A stretch of DNA of 39,700 bases from Octopus sinensis (lineage: Eukaryota): the NCBI RefSeq assembly GCF_006345805.1, contig NW_021835323.1, positions 1 through 39,700 of the forward strand, in the 5' to 3' direction. Made by a program: the position numbers and the translations under genes. The notes under the pieces are model-generated. The model had not been told where the DNA came from, did no database searches, and saw only the letters and a list, made by a program, of their open reading frames with translations. Below are positions 21,354-32,575 of the stretch, one piece after another. Positions within the stretch are counted from its first letter, which is position 1. The number at the start of each line of letters is the position of its first letter.

Positions 21354-21919
21354 TTGGGTTGTTCGGAAAGTTCGTACCGATTTTTAAAGGAAAGAAGAAG
21401 GTCAATAAGTACTTGCCATTACATATTTAATCAACCAAATATGAACCATTTTGTTGCACAATGCGTCTCCATCTTTCCTTTAATTTGAAAGTACCCTCTT
21501 CCCAGAATTGAGGTGGTTTCATGGCAAAGAATTCATCAAGGTATCTTTTTACGTCATCCAAAGAATTGAAATTTTTACCATTAAGACTATTCTGCAGAGA
21601 CCTGAATAAGTGGAAATCCGAAGGAGCAATATCTGGTGAATATAGATGGTGGGGTAACACATCCCAGCCGAGTTGCAGGAAATTTTGTCTGGTTCCCAAA
21701 GCATCAAGTACCGAAAATGAACTTTCTTATCTTCCATTTTAAAGGGTTACAGAATTAACACAGGTTATAGGAACATAAACCTTCTTCCACGAAAAGATAG
21801 CTTAAACTGTGCTTAAAGTGGAGACGTAGTCAAATCGTATTTTCTGGACTCAACCATGTTCAAAAATAAGTCGAAAGGTAAGCTACTATAAATCGGCACG
21901 AACTTTCCGGACAACCCAA
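21354..21919 (-). mobile_element. Internally deleted mariner, 566 bp, second copy
   Basis: Same length, TIRs, TA flanks and deletion junction as 1833-2398, in opposite orientation. Confidence 0.93.
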
Positions 21920-22105
21920 TAAATAAAGTTGCGATGTCTGGTAGCGGTAACAGTTTGCGTGGTAGTAGTGTCGGTGATGAAACACATGCAATAACAATAG
22001 TTAATGTTTTGTAGTTTCTATGGTTGAGGGCTTCAACTAAACACCGATATAACGACCGTCTTTCATATTAGAAATGTAGGGGTCCTGCTTTGTCTGAGGG
22101 GCACT

Positions 22106-22143
<38 letters not shown>

Positions 22144-22428
22144 TGACGGGGGCGCGGGCAGAAAAAAGGTAACATTGTGGGACAGGAAATGAAAGAGTTT
22201 CTAGTGGTTTCATTAATGTTTGTACTCGTGTTAACAGTTATCGATAAATCTGTTCTCATGTTATCAACGCTTCCTTCATCACTGGTCCGGGACAACGCAG
22301 TAACAATACGTCCAATTGTGAACCACGTTACGCTTATCACGGATTGATCTGTGATAACACGATTCAGCAAGCAATCAAAGATATTCTGCTTTTTATGATA
22401 TTTTTCAGTTATCTTTTTTATTATTATA

Positions 22429-22868
22429 CTAGCAGCATAGCCCGGCGTTGCCCGGGTATGTAAGAGCCCCTAGTAGGCAACGACTAATCCCAATCTAGTC
22501 CTTTCCCTCTAGGGAACGAAGGCGCATGTGTAGGTTGCAATGTCTTCTCTTCACTCGAATACTTCTGTGTATACGATGTTCCTAGCTGTCCTTTTGGGCG
22601 ATAAAAAGGTCGAGTTGTGTCCCCTAGACAGAAAATATGTTGCATATAAAAAGCTTAGATTCTCGACCCCATGTCGAATTTATCGATTTTTGTCAGAACT
22701 GGGGAAACTTTTCAAAATTTTAGCTGCGTTAGTTTTGAATTATAACATTGGGCTATGTGTGTGTCAAGTTTCATCAGAATCGGTTGAAAGCCGTGGTCAG
22801 GGTGAGGGTACAACCTGACAGACACACAGACACACAGACAGACAAACTGCCGTTTATATATAGAGAGA
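22429..22868 (-). mobile_element. Non-autonomous Helitron, 440 bp, second copy
   Basis: Reverse complement of 19053-19492 with only a handful of substitutions; same A|TC and CTAG|T ends. Confidence 0.9.
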
Positions 22869-22877
22869 TACTGATTG

Positions 22878-23060
22878 AAGGCGACGAGCTAGCAAAATTG
22901 TTAGCACACCGGACAAAATGCTTAGCGGCATTTCGTCTGTTTTTACGATGTGAGTTCAAATGCCGCCGACAACAACTTTGCCTTTCATCGTTTCGAGATC
23001 GATAAAATAAATAGCATTTGAGCATTAGGCTCGATGTAATTGATTTAACGCCTCCCTCGG
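22878..23060 (+). mobile_element. Degenerate SINE family A
   Basis: Head ggcgacgagctagcaaaattgttagc and diverged core. Confidence 0.72.
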
Positions 23061-23066
23061 AATAGC

Positions 23067-23181
23067 TGGAGCTTAGGTGTTTTTGCTCACTAAACACTCA
23101 CAATACCCGGTCTGGGAATCGAAACCGCGTTCTTACGACCGCGAGTCTGCTGCCCTAACCACTGAGCCATTGTGCCTCCAC
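23067..23181 (-). mobile_element. SINE family B head fragment
   Basis: Reverse complement of the first ~115 bp of family B. Confidence 0.82.
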
Positions 23182-23587
23182 TGTTGTTGTTGCTATCAGT
23201 ATTGCAGTTGTTATTGCTACGGTACATGTTGTTGTTGTTATTAGCAACGAAAGTACTTCCAGTAATAGATGGAGCTGTTGTTATTACTATAGCTGCTACT
23301 GCTGCTGTCAAAATTATGTTTAAAATACTACGTGATGCACCATCCGAGGCGCGAAATTTTTTTTTCCCACGAGAGTTCCGCACACCAGTTATGAACTCAC
23401 TTGCATACAGCCAATCAGAGCTCAACTATCAAACTAACTTATTAGCGCACAAATAATGATCGATAGGATAAGGTCACATGGGTAACGAATGCCCATGCTT
23501 CTTTTCACTTTTAAGAATGCTTGTTGTTCTTGTTCGTGTTTCAACCATGGCTGCCTCTGCAGAGTTATTTGTGTTGTTGTTTACTTT

Positions 23588-23978
23588 GGAGGCGCAATGG
23601 CCCAGTGGTTAGGGCAGCGGACTCGCGGTCGGAGGATCGCGGTTTCGATTCACAGACCGGGCGTTGTGTGTGTTTATTGAGCGAAAACACCTAAAGCTCC
23701 ACGAGGCTCCGGCAGAGGGTAGTGGCGACCCCTGTTGTACTCTTTCGCCTCAACTTTCTCTCACTCCACTCTTACTTCCTGTTTCTGTTGTACCTTGTAT
23801 TTCAAAGGGCCGGCCTTGTCACTCTCTGTGTCACGCTGAATATCCCTGAGAACTACGTTAAGGGTGCACGTGTCTGCGGAGTGCTCAGCCACTTACACGT
23901 TAATTTCACGAGCAGGCTGCTCCGTTGATTCGGATCAACCGGAACCCTCATCGTCGTAACCGACGGAGTGCTTCCACC
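23588..23978 (+). mobile_element. SINE family B, full length
   Basis: Matches the other B copies; possible 6-bp TSD actttg. Confidence 0.9.
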
Positions 23979-24351
23979 ACTTTGTAAAAGAGCAAGGGGA
24001 GAGGGTTGCTAGCACATCACCCTCTACCCACATCTTTACCATATGGGGTCCTAACAAAATCCTATAATAGGTATAGATGCCGATCTATGTAATTACTTTG
24101 TTTCCTTTTAAAATCAGACATAATTTGGCGATCGGTCGACTTGCAACATCGTTCTTCGTCTTTAGTTTACTTGGTAAAGTGTGTTTGTTAACTTGACAAC
24201 AAGATCAAAGTGAGCTCTGATTGGCTGTACGCAAACGAGTTCATTACTGGGGTCCGGAACTCGGGTGGGAAAAAAAATTCACATCCGGGGCGAAGCAGTA
24301 ATTCATTTCTTGAATGGTCTTCACTTAATGTCCGTCACATCGCCGTCACAA

Positions 24352-24543
24352 GGGTTGCGGATCCGTGGAACAAGCTGCCAGACGAGATGGTGAAGATGCC
24401 GACGACCGCTTTGTTCAAAGTCTCCCTTGACCTCAAGTGGCCTGAACTCTTTACATGAACACCACCCTGTACTTAACTCCATGTCCCCCTACATGGCCTT
24501 GCTATTTGCTTTTGAGCCAAATTAACTAACTAACTAACTAACA
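24352..24543 (+). mobile_element. CR1-type LINE 3' end with (TAAC)n tail
   Basis: RVADPWNKLPDEMVKMPTTALFKVSLDLKWPELFT*, short 3' UTR, then aactaactaac; a sister copy lies at 36621. Confidence 0.85.
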
Positions 24544-24646
24544 AGGAGATATCTTGTCCGCCATAACTTCGGGGGGAATTGTCGCTGACTCGTTCCACTA
24601 TGCTGTAACTAAACACATCAATACGTTGGATTTAGCAAACTGCCCC

Positions 24647-24691
<45 letters not shown>

Positions 24692-24978
24692 ATATGTGTG
24701 TGTGTGTGTGTCTTACGTATATATGTGTATATTAATGTGTGCAATAACGTAACAAGTGTTATTTTTTTAAGGACACGAGAGACCTGAAACTATGGTGAAA
24801 TTCTTATATATTTCTACAATCGCATACTTTGTGATTTTATTGACAGAGAAAGAGCGCGATTCTACAGAGTATGTGTGTGTGCAATAGATTATACAGTACA
24901 GGTGTTTGAATATCCTAACAAACGCTGATTGGACAGTTGGACAGAATAGAACAAGAGGATTATACTATTTGGTAATCA

Positions 24979-25522
24979 TTTTTTTACTACCCACAAGGGG
25001 CTAAACATAGAGGGGACAAACAAGGACAGACAGAGGGATTAAGTCGATTATATCGACCCCAGTGCGTAACTGGTACTTTATTTATCGACCCCGAAAGGAT
25101 GAAAGGCAAAGTCGAGCTGGCAGAGACGTTAGCACGCCGGGTGAAATGCTAAGCGGTATTTCGTCTGTCGTTACGTTGTGAGTTCAAATTCCGCCGAGGT
25201 CAACTTTGCCTTTCATCCTTTCGGGGTCGATAAATTAAGTACCAGTTACGCTCTGGGGTCGATATAATCGACTTAATACCTATGTCTGTCCTTGTTTGTC
25301 CCCTCTATGTTTAGCCCCTTGTGGGTAATAAAGAAATAGGTATTTCGTCTGTCGTTACGTTCTGAGTTCAAATTCCGCCGAGGTCGACTTTGCCTTTCAT
25401 CCTTTCGGGGTCTATAAATAAAGTACCAGTTACGCACTCGGGTCGATGTAATCGACTTAATCCCTGTGTCTGTCCTTGTTTGTCTCCTCTGTGTTTAGCC
25501 CCTTGTGGGTAGTAAAGAAATA
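24979..25522. mobile_element. SINE family A composite: inverted 3' fragment (24979-25115) fused to a plus-strand dimer (25113-25522)
   Basis: Junction ...aaagt-cga-gctggc; the second unit restarts at 25339. Confidence 0.88.
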
Positions 25523-25525
25523 TAT

Positions 25526-25598
<73 letters not shown>

Positions 25599-25734
25599 TA
25601 TGTATATTCCGAATTCGTGTGAATGCGTTATAGAATAATATATCAGTTGAATTAAGTTAAAACATGGTCTGACTGATTTTCACGTTTATTATTATATTTT
25701 AACGTTAAAAACTATTTTGTAATGTTCATAAAGT

Positions 25735-26610
25735 TCAATTAGCGCTTACACGCGTTTGGTAGTAATCATCAGATTAATTTCAAATGTATTTAACTGACAG
25801 TTGAGTTCTTGACAACTGTAGAACTTCTTAGAACGCTCGAACAAGCCGAATTTTATGGAATACGGATTTGACCAATCAGCATGCAGCTTCAACGTTACGG
25901 TTTGCCAGGCGTACCGATATTCTGTAATTTGTTTATATTCATATGTTAAAGATACTTTTTTAATCCACATCATTAACTGGTTGTTATATTATTGTTGTTA
26001 TTTCCGTTCAGAACAGGTTTGAAGATTTCAATAAACCGTTTTCCTTTTATCTTTCTTCCAACCTTACTTGTGCCACGTAGTTTGTGGAAAGGAAAAATTA
26101 GAAACATTTTCTGACCACATGTTTCGTTCAATGGAATTTGGCGAACATTGGTGATCCGGATTTGTTGTCTGTGGACGAGTGAGCGTTTCGATAATGCATT
26201 ACCTGTCTCAACTATATATATATTTCCTCGCAATTCGAGCATTCATATATTTCTTCGCAATTCGAGCATTCAATGCAGAAGATCAAATTTCTGCTTTTGC
26301 AGTTCATATCTGCATTTGCGAAAATCTGTCCATTTTTTTGTTCTAATGGATCTACCAGTATGTTTGTACTGACACGTTCCACATCTGTTATCATTACACT
26401 TGTATACTGTGAATGTCTTATCTTCTTTGTTCATGTTGAATTTTGCCTTTGTTAATAGTTGCCTTTTGCTTAAGATAAATGTTTGATTAGTTATATTTTT
26501 TTAATATTTCACTTTGTTTTATGACTGGCAAAATTTCTTTTGGTGATGTTAAAAACGTTTTGGTGATGCGGATTGTGCCATTTAAGAAACTCTCTGCGCT
26601 TTTTTCATAT
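25735..26610 (-). pseudogene. Penelope-like element remnant: GIY-YIG endonuclease region and 3' flank
   Basis: Across frameshifts it reads LSKRQLLTKAKF...KCNDNRCGTCQY...MNCKSRNLIFCIECSNCEEIYI(V)ETGNALSKR...HRQQIR...FIEIFKPVLN, the Cys-rich linker plus GIY-YIG layout of PLEs. Confidence 0.85.
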
Positions 26611-28111
26611 CTACCTTCTGCCGGTCGAAATTAAAAATCCATAGATTTTGTTATATTTTGAGTTGTATTTACCGTGTTTGTACTACCAAGCCTATATAAA
26701 CGTGTATACATACATACACGTACAAGAATTCCAAAACTTGAAAAACAAATTCAAATAAAAGTAAAATATAATTGCATAGTGTGTAGTTTGAAAATCACAT
26801 CTCGGGAATTTTTGCTTGTTTAGCATAAAAACTGGATTATGCCACATGATATTTCATGGTCGATTTTTACGTTTGCAAACATTAGAGCAGACTCACAACT
26901 GGATTTTGTCAATAAAGAAACTTTTATGATGAGCCTCGTTTTAAATATGTGAACTAATGAACGTAATCTCATTTCAAGAAAAGTGAGACAGCAAGTTTAC
27001 TAATATTAATGATTAAATTTCATAGAATATTTGGCTGGTGATTCATTTTATGACATACTCGCTTTAGAAATGTTTCGTATCTCTTAATATACTTTTCATA
27101 CCTATATCGTTTTACATAACTTTATCTTTCTCCTCTAAAAGTATATCTTTTATATACACACACATAAATTCTTTATTTTTGCTTTTTTTTTATTATTCTT
27201 TACATTCTCGCAGCATATACTCACGTTTTTGATACCTTTCCATATCTCTCCTTCCACATTTTTATATTATCAAAACAATATCTAACTTTTAACTTACTAG
27301 GAAAAGGCGAATTCCTTGTGCTATCTTTTAATATAATCTTTCTGTTCCCTTTTGTCCAATCAGATCTTGATAAGATATTCAAATATCACCACTGCTTATT
27401 TATTTAAAGCCAGTTTTATGTTTCATTTTTCATAATCGTTCGGAGATTGTGGCGAGAAACCGAGAAACATAAAATAACAACTTGTGTATTTCCGACCTTT
27501 CTCTCTCTCTCCCCCTCTCTCTCTCTCCCTCTCTCTCTCCTATTTGTGTGCGCGCGTGTAGGTGTGTGTGCGTGTGTGTATGCTGACAGAGAGACGGAAT
27601 TAGAAAGAGATAAGGAACGATGCACACACACACACACACACACACAGAAGGTCGCTGCAGAATCGCATGATGTCGGGTCCCCCACCCATTGTGTGCTACC
27701 TTGGGTGCTTTCTAACGTCTCGAGTCCCCCTAATATAGTGAGTAATATGATAGTAGGACACAAAGGTTGCTTATCGTACGTGTGTGTGTGTGTGTGTCCA
27801 TATAGTATAGTGTGTAGTTAGTAGCAAAAAGTAAAAGTCTGTCCCAGGTAATTTGGATTCCATACATTACGTCATGAAATACTATTTGTTCTTTTAATGT
27901 CAGGTTATTCTCGAAGTCCCCCGCCAGATTAGCTTCAGTCTTCGTGGTTTTAAATTGACGATTTCTTAAGCAGTTGAATTAAAGTATCTGGATATGGAAG
28001 AAGGTTGATCACAAAATACGAAACTTTTACTCTTTCGTTACTAACAACATACTGTTATAATAAAATGAATATCAACATGTATCCGATGTTAACCTGTCGA
28101 CAATATCACTC

Positions 28112-28152
<41 letters not shown>

Positions 28153-28597
28153 TGTGTGTGTGTTTTACTGAAATGTGACAATGATTGAGACGTAGCTCTA
28201 TCTTGTAACAAAAGAGCCCACATCCTACCTACAATACTCAGTAAAACAATAAACAATTAAGTAATGATAATTGGGCTGTTTAAGGGTTTAATTAATTGAA
28301 AAAAAGAATGGGGGAGGACAAAATATCAAATATCAAAACAAACAAACAAATAATAAAATTTAAGAAAATAACAACAAAGACAAAAAAAAAAAAACGAATT
28401 ACAAAATATTTCAAAACTTAATTCTATCAGTTAGTGCAACTGGCGTATTCGAGAATTGATTGGTTGGAAGGGATTTACACGTGACGAAGGAGATTTGCTC
28501 AAGTGGGGAAGGGCAGTTTGGTTAAAAGAAAGGGGGTGAAGGAAGTTGGGGATTTTTGGCATTTTTGATAGACTTCAATGAAACAGATAGCTCATAC

Positions 28598-28649
28598 CTG
28601 TTGTTGTTGTGGTTTCGCTGGAGGGGGGTTCCTGCTTTCGATATTCGGT
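28598..28649 (-). CDS. 52-nt internal exon of the PDZ gene (R-PNIESRNPPPAKPQQQQ)
   Basis: Strong acceptor ctcgtctttcttccag|A and donor CAG|gtatga. Phase 2 to 0 exactly bridges the PDZ exon and the 13903 exon. Too short to appear in the ORF track. Confidence 0.85.
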
Positions 28650-29550
28650 CTGGAAGAAAGACGAGACATAATTGCAAACAGTTTCATACACACACGCACA
28701 TATATATTAAATATATATATATATAATATATATATATATATTATATATAGATATATTATATAATTATTATTATTATTATTATTATTATTATAATGATAAT
28801 AATATGAGGGAATATTATTCCAAACTTACAGGAAAAAATTCAATTTAGAAGTACTAAATCAGATTTCATAAAATATAACATATATATAAATAAGAAAAAA
28901 ACCCCACCTTTTATCAATTCAACAATGAAAAATTAAATTATACCATTTAGAAAAATTACATATTATATAAAGATTAAATATAAGATAAAACATTGTTATA
29001 TGATTTATCTTATATTTTTCATTATTGAAATGATAACAGGTGGGGGTTTTTTAAATTTATATATATATATATATATATTATACATATAAAGCATAGTTTA
29101 AATTCGATTATCATTTGTATTATTATCAATTGAAAGAGCAATGAATGCCATCAAAGTGACACTGGGGTACGAAGTCCAATATACCCATCAGGACTACCCG
29201 TCTGATAAGTGTATACCAGGCACACGCATCACAGTTATATGTGCGCGACATGGTCGATAAAATGAGTACCAGTTTAACACTGGGGTCGATCAAATCAACT
29301 TGACCCCTCCCCAAAACTGCTGGCCATGTGACAAAATCTGAAACAATTATTATTATTGTTGTTGTTGTTGTTATTATTAAGGCGGTGAGATAGCAGAATC
29401 GTTAGTATGCCGGACGAAATGCTAAGTTCAAATTCCTCCGAGGTCGACAGTGAAACACCGAGGTTGATATAATTGATTTATCCCCTCCTCACAAATGTGA
29501 GGCCTTGTACTTCCAGTAAAAATTATAATTATTATTACTATTATTATTAT

Positions 29551-29597
<47 letters not shown>

Positions 29598-29734
29598 TTG
29601 TTATTATTACTACTACTACTACTGTTATTATTATTATTAATATTATTATTTATTATTATTATTAGACAATACGAAGAGTCCTTTTAAAATATTTTTATTA
29701 CCATCATCATTATCATTATTATTATTATTATTAT

Positions 29735-30011
29735 TGAGTGGGAGAGCAGTGTATGCCAACAAAGTGACTCTGAATAAGGGTTGTTTAAGGACGTTGAACG
29801 AAACACCCATGTTTCCGAAGGTAAATTATTTAAACTCTAAAGAATTCCTCTCAACAGATGGCTATGATGCTCCCCCACTACTCCTGCTCGTGATCAGAGA
29901 TGCACATATTGTCAGCCCCCAAAGGGCATGCTCAAGTGGTTAAGGTCAAGCAACTGACAAGCAAATTTGTGGTAATGAGCAGAATATTTGCTGTAGCCCA
30001 TCTTTTATACC
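29735..30011 (-). mobile_element. Retroposon family D, deleted copy with (AAT)n tail
   Basis: Homologous to 31862-32575 in the opposite orientation; another fragment lies at about 29130-29252. Confidence 0.75.
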
Positions 30012-30032
30012 ATTATTATTATTATTATTATT

Positions 30033-30394
30033 CTATGTTTGACTTTTGCTTTATGTCTGTACAAGTTGGCTCCAAGTCTCACCCAGAGACCTCAAGAGAC
30101 AACAGGTTGGAAGTTCTGTGCCATATATTTGGTTTTTTTTTTTTTTGGGTGTTTTTCTAGTGAATGTCTAATACATAAAAATAAAATTTTAAAATAAATA
30201 AATAAATAAATAAATAATTAAATAAAAAAAAAAGTTTGTTTTAAACCTTGGGATTACATAGAGAGTATTTTGCGTAGGATATGAGCAGTTCCCATGAGCA
30301 CTATCTTTTGAATTTCTGCTATTTTGGGGTTTCCTGGTATCTGAGTTAGGTAGCAATCAGTCCCTTTCGCTATCATTCCCAGGGAACCTATGAC
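30033..30394 (-). mobile_element. RLE-type (R4/Dong-like) LINE 3' end
   Basis: Minus strand reads VIGSLGMIAKGTDCYLTQIPGNPKIAEIQKIVLMGTAHILRKILSM*, then 3' UTR and (AAT)n tail. Confidence 0.85.
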
Positions 30395-30412
30395 AATTAT
30401 TATTATTATTAA

Positions 30413-30625
30413 TGCGGCGAGCTGGAAGAATTGTTAACGCGCTGGGCGAAATGCTTAGCGATTATTTTGCCCATCGCTAACATTCTGAGTTCAAATTCCA
30501 CCGCGGTTGACTTTGCCTTTCATCCTTTCGGAATCGATATATTAAATACCAGTGAAGCACTGGGATCGCTGTTGCAGTAATTCGTCCGTCTTTACGCTCT
30601 GAGTTCAAATTCCGCCGCGGTTGAT
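30413..30625 (+). mobile_element. Diverged SINE family A with a partial second unit
   Basis: Head gcggcgagctgg; restart at about 30576 (agtaattcgtccgtc). Confidence 0.7.
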
Positions 30626-30799
30626 TTTTAATTCCCTGTTCCTCCTATCTTCTCTTCTCTCTGCTTTCAAATCCTCTCTGTTTCCAACTCCAACCATCGT
30701 TTGTAGCCCATCTGCATGGTCCCTTAGACTCTCACTAATCCGAGATATTTCTACTCCGGTTAAGTAACCCTTCCTCCTAATCACTCTCACTTGGTTCAT

Positions 30800-31030
30800 T
30801 ACTCTTTTTACTCTTTTACTTGTTTCAGTCATTTGACTGCGGCCATGCTGGAGCACCGCCTTTAGTCGAGCAAATCGACCCCGGGACTTATTCTTTTGTA
30901 AGCCCAGTACTTATTCTATCGGTCTCTTTTGCCGAACCGCTAAGTGACGGGGACGTAAATACACCAGCATCGGTTGTCAAGCAATGCTAGTTGGACAAAC
31001 ACAGAAACACAAACACCACACCACACACAC

Positions 31031-31083
<53 letters not shown>

Positions 31084-31209
31084 GACAGGCTTCTTTCAAG
31101 AGACCGATAGAATAACAAAGAATAAGTCCGGGGTCGATTTGATCGACTAAAGGCGGTGCTCCAGCATGGCCGCAGTCAAATGACTGAAACAAGTAAAAGA
31201 GTAAAAGAG
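30800..31209. mobile_element. SINE family C foldback: minus copy (30800-31098) fused to a plus 3' fragment (31097-31209)
   Basis: Both ends carry the gtaaaagag tail in opposite orientation. Confidence 0.85.
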
Positions 31210-31374
31210 TATATATATATATATCACGTGCTTGCATTGTGTCGTTTCCATAATCACAGTCATTATCATTACCACCATCGTTCTACCTATAGCATTTATA
31301 ATTATCAATAATAATATGGGTTCCGGTATCTTGCAGCAGATCTTCGTGGCTATTTATCAAATATTCGGCAATAC

Positions 31375-31520
31375 CTCGACTCCAGTACTTATTTCATCGA
31401 CCCCGAAAGGGTAAAAGGCAAATTTGACCACGGCGGAATTTGAACTCAGAATGTAAAGACAGACGAAATACCACTAAGCAGTTCGACCGGCGCGCTAACG
31501 TTACTACCAGCTTGTCGTCT
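31375..31520 (-). mobile_element. Diverged SINE family A
   Basis: Reverse-complement match to the head and core. Confidence 0.75.
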
Positions 31521-31560
31521 AAGTAGTAGTAGTAGTAGTGGTAATAGTAATTTCAAAAAA

Positions 31561-31800
31561 GTTCAAAAGATAGTGCTCATGTGAACTGCTCATATCCTAC
31601 GTAAAATACTGTCTTTGTAATCTCAAATTTTAAAACAAACTCATAATTTTCTTATGTTTTCTTAAACATTTTCTAGAACAAAACTATGTGCAAAACCAAA
31701 TATATGACACCCTAGGCATAACACCAGCATGAACTTCTAACTTGTTGTCTCTGGATAAGACTTGGAGTCAACTTGTACTAATACAAAGCAAAAGTCAAAC

Positions 31801-31860
<60 letters not shown>
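31561..31860 (+). mobile_element. RLE-type LINE 3' end with long (AAT)n tail
   Basis: Reads VQKIVLM*TAHILRKILSL*; 3' UTR homologous to the 30033 copy. Confidence 0.82.
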
Positions 31861-31861
<1 letters not shown>

Positions 31862-32575
31862 CAGTGGCTCTTATGGTTTCTGATCTTAACTGATTGGAAG
31901 TGTTATCATGTACATTGTTTTGTCTTGGTATAAAAGATGGGCTACAGCAAATATTCTGCTCAATACCACAGATTTGCTTGTCAGTTGTTTGACCTTAACC
32001 AGTTGACCATTCCCTTAGTGGCCCTTATGTGCATCTCTGACCACGAGCAGAAGTTGTTGGGGAGCATCATAGCCGTGTGTTGAAAGGAATTCTTGGAGGG
32101 TTGGATAATTTACTTTGGAAACATGTGTGGTTCGTTCAACATCCTTAAACAACCCTTATTCAGGAAAATTCTATGTGCTGTTTATCTTGATATGAGATCA
32201 TGTCGCGCACATATATTTCTTTACTTGGACGAAATACCTATTTCTTTACTACCCACAAGGGGCTAAACACAGAGGGGACAAACAAAGACAGACAAACGGA
32301 TTAAGTCGATTACATCGACCCATGCGTAACTGGTACTTAATTTATCGACCCCGAAAGGATGAAAGGTAAAGTCGACTCGGCGGAATTCGAACTCAGATGA
32401 ACGGCAGACGAAATACGGCTACGCATTTTGCCCGGCGTGCTAACGATTCTGCCAGCTCGCGCACATATGGTTGTGATGCATGTGCCTAGTGTACCCTTAT
32501 CAGACGGGTAGTCATGATTAGTATACTGGGCTTCGTATATTTTACCCCAGTGTCACTTTGATGGCATGCACTGCT
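31862..32575 (+). mobile_element. Retroposon family D, interrupted by SINE A
   Basis: Starts right after the LINE tail and ends ctctctcactt(aat)n. Confidence 0.78.
32215..32456 (-). mobile_element. SINE family A with a stub second unit
   Basis: 12-bp TSD tcgcgcacatat at 32203-32214 and 32457-32468; the 3' end reads aaagaaata-ggtatttcgtc-ca-agtaaagaaat. Confidence 0.88.
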
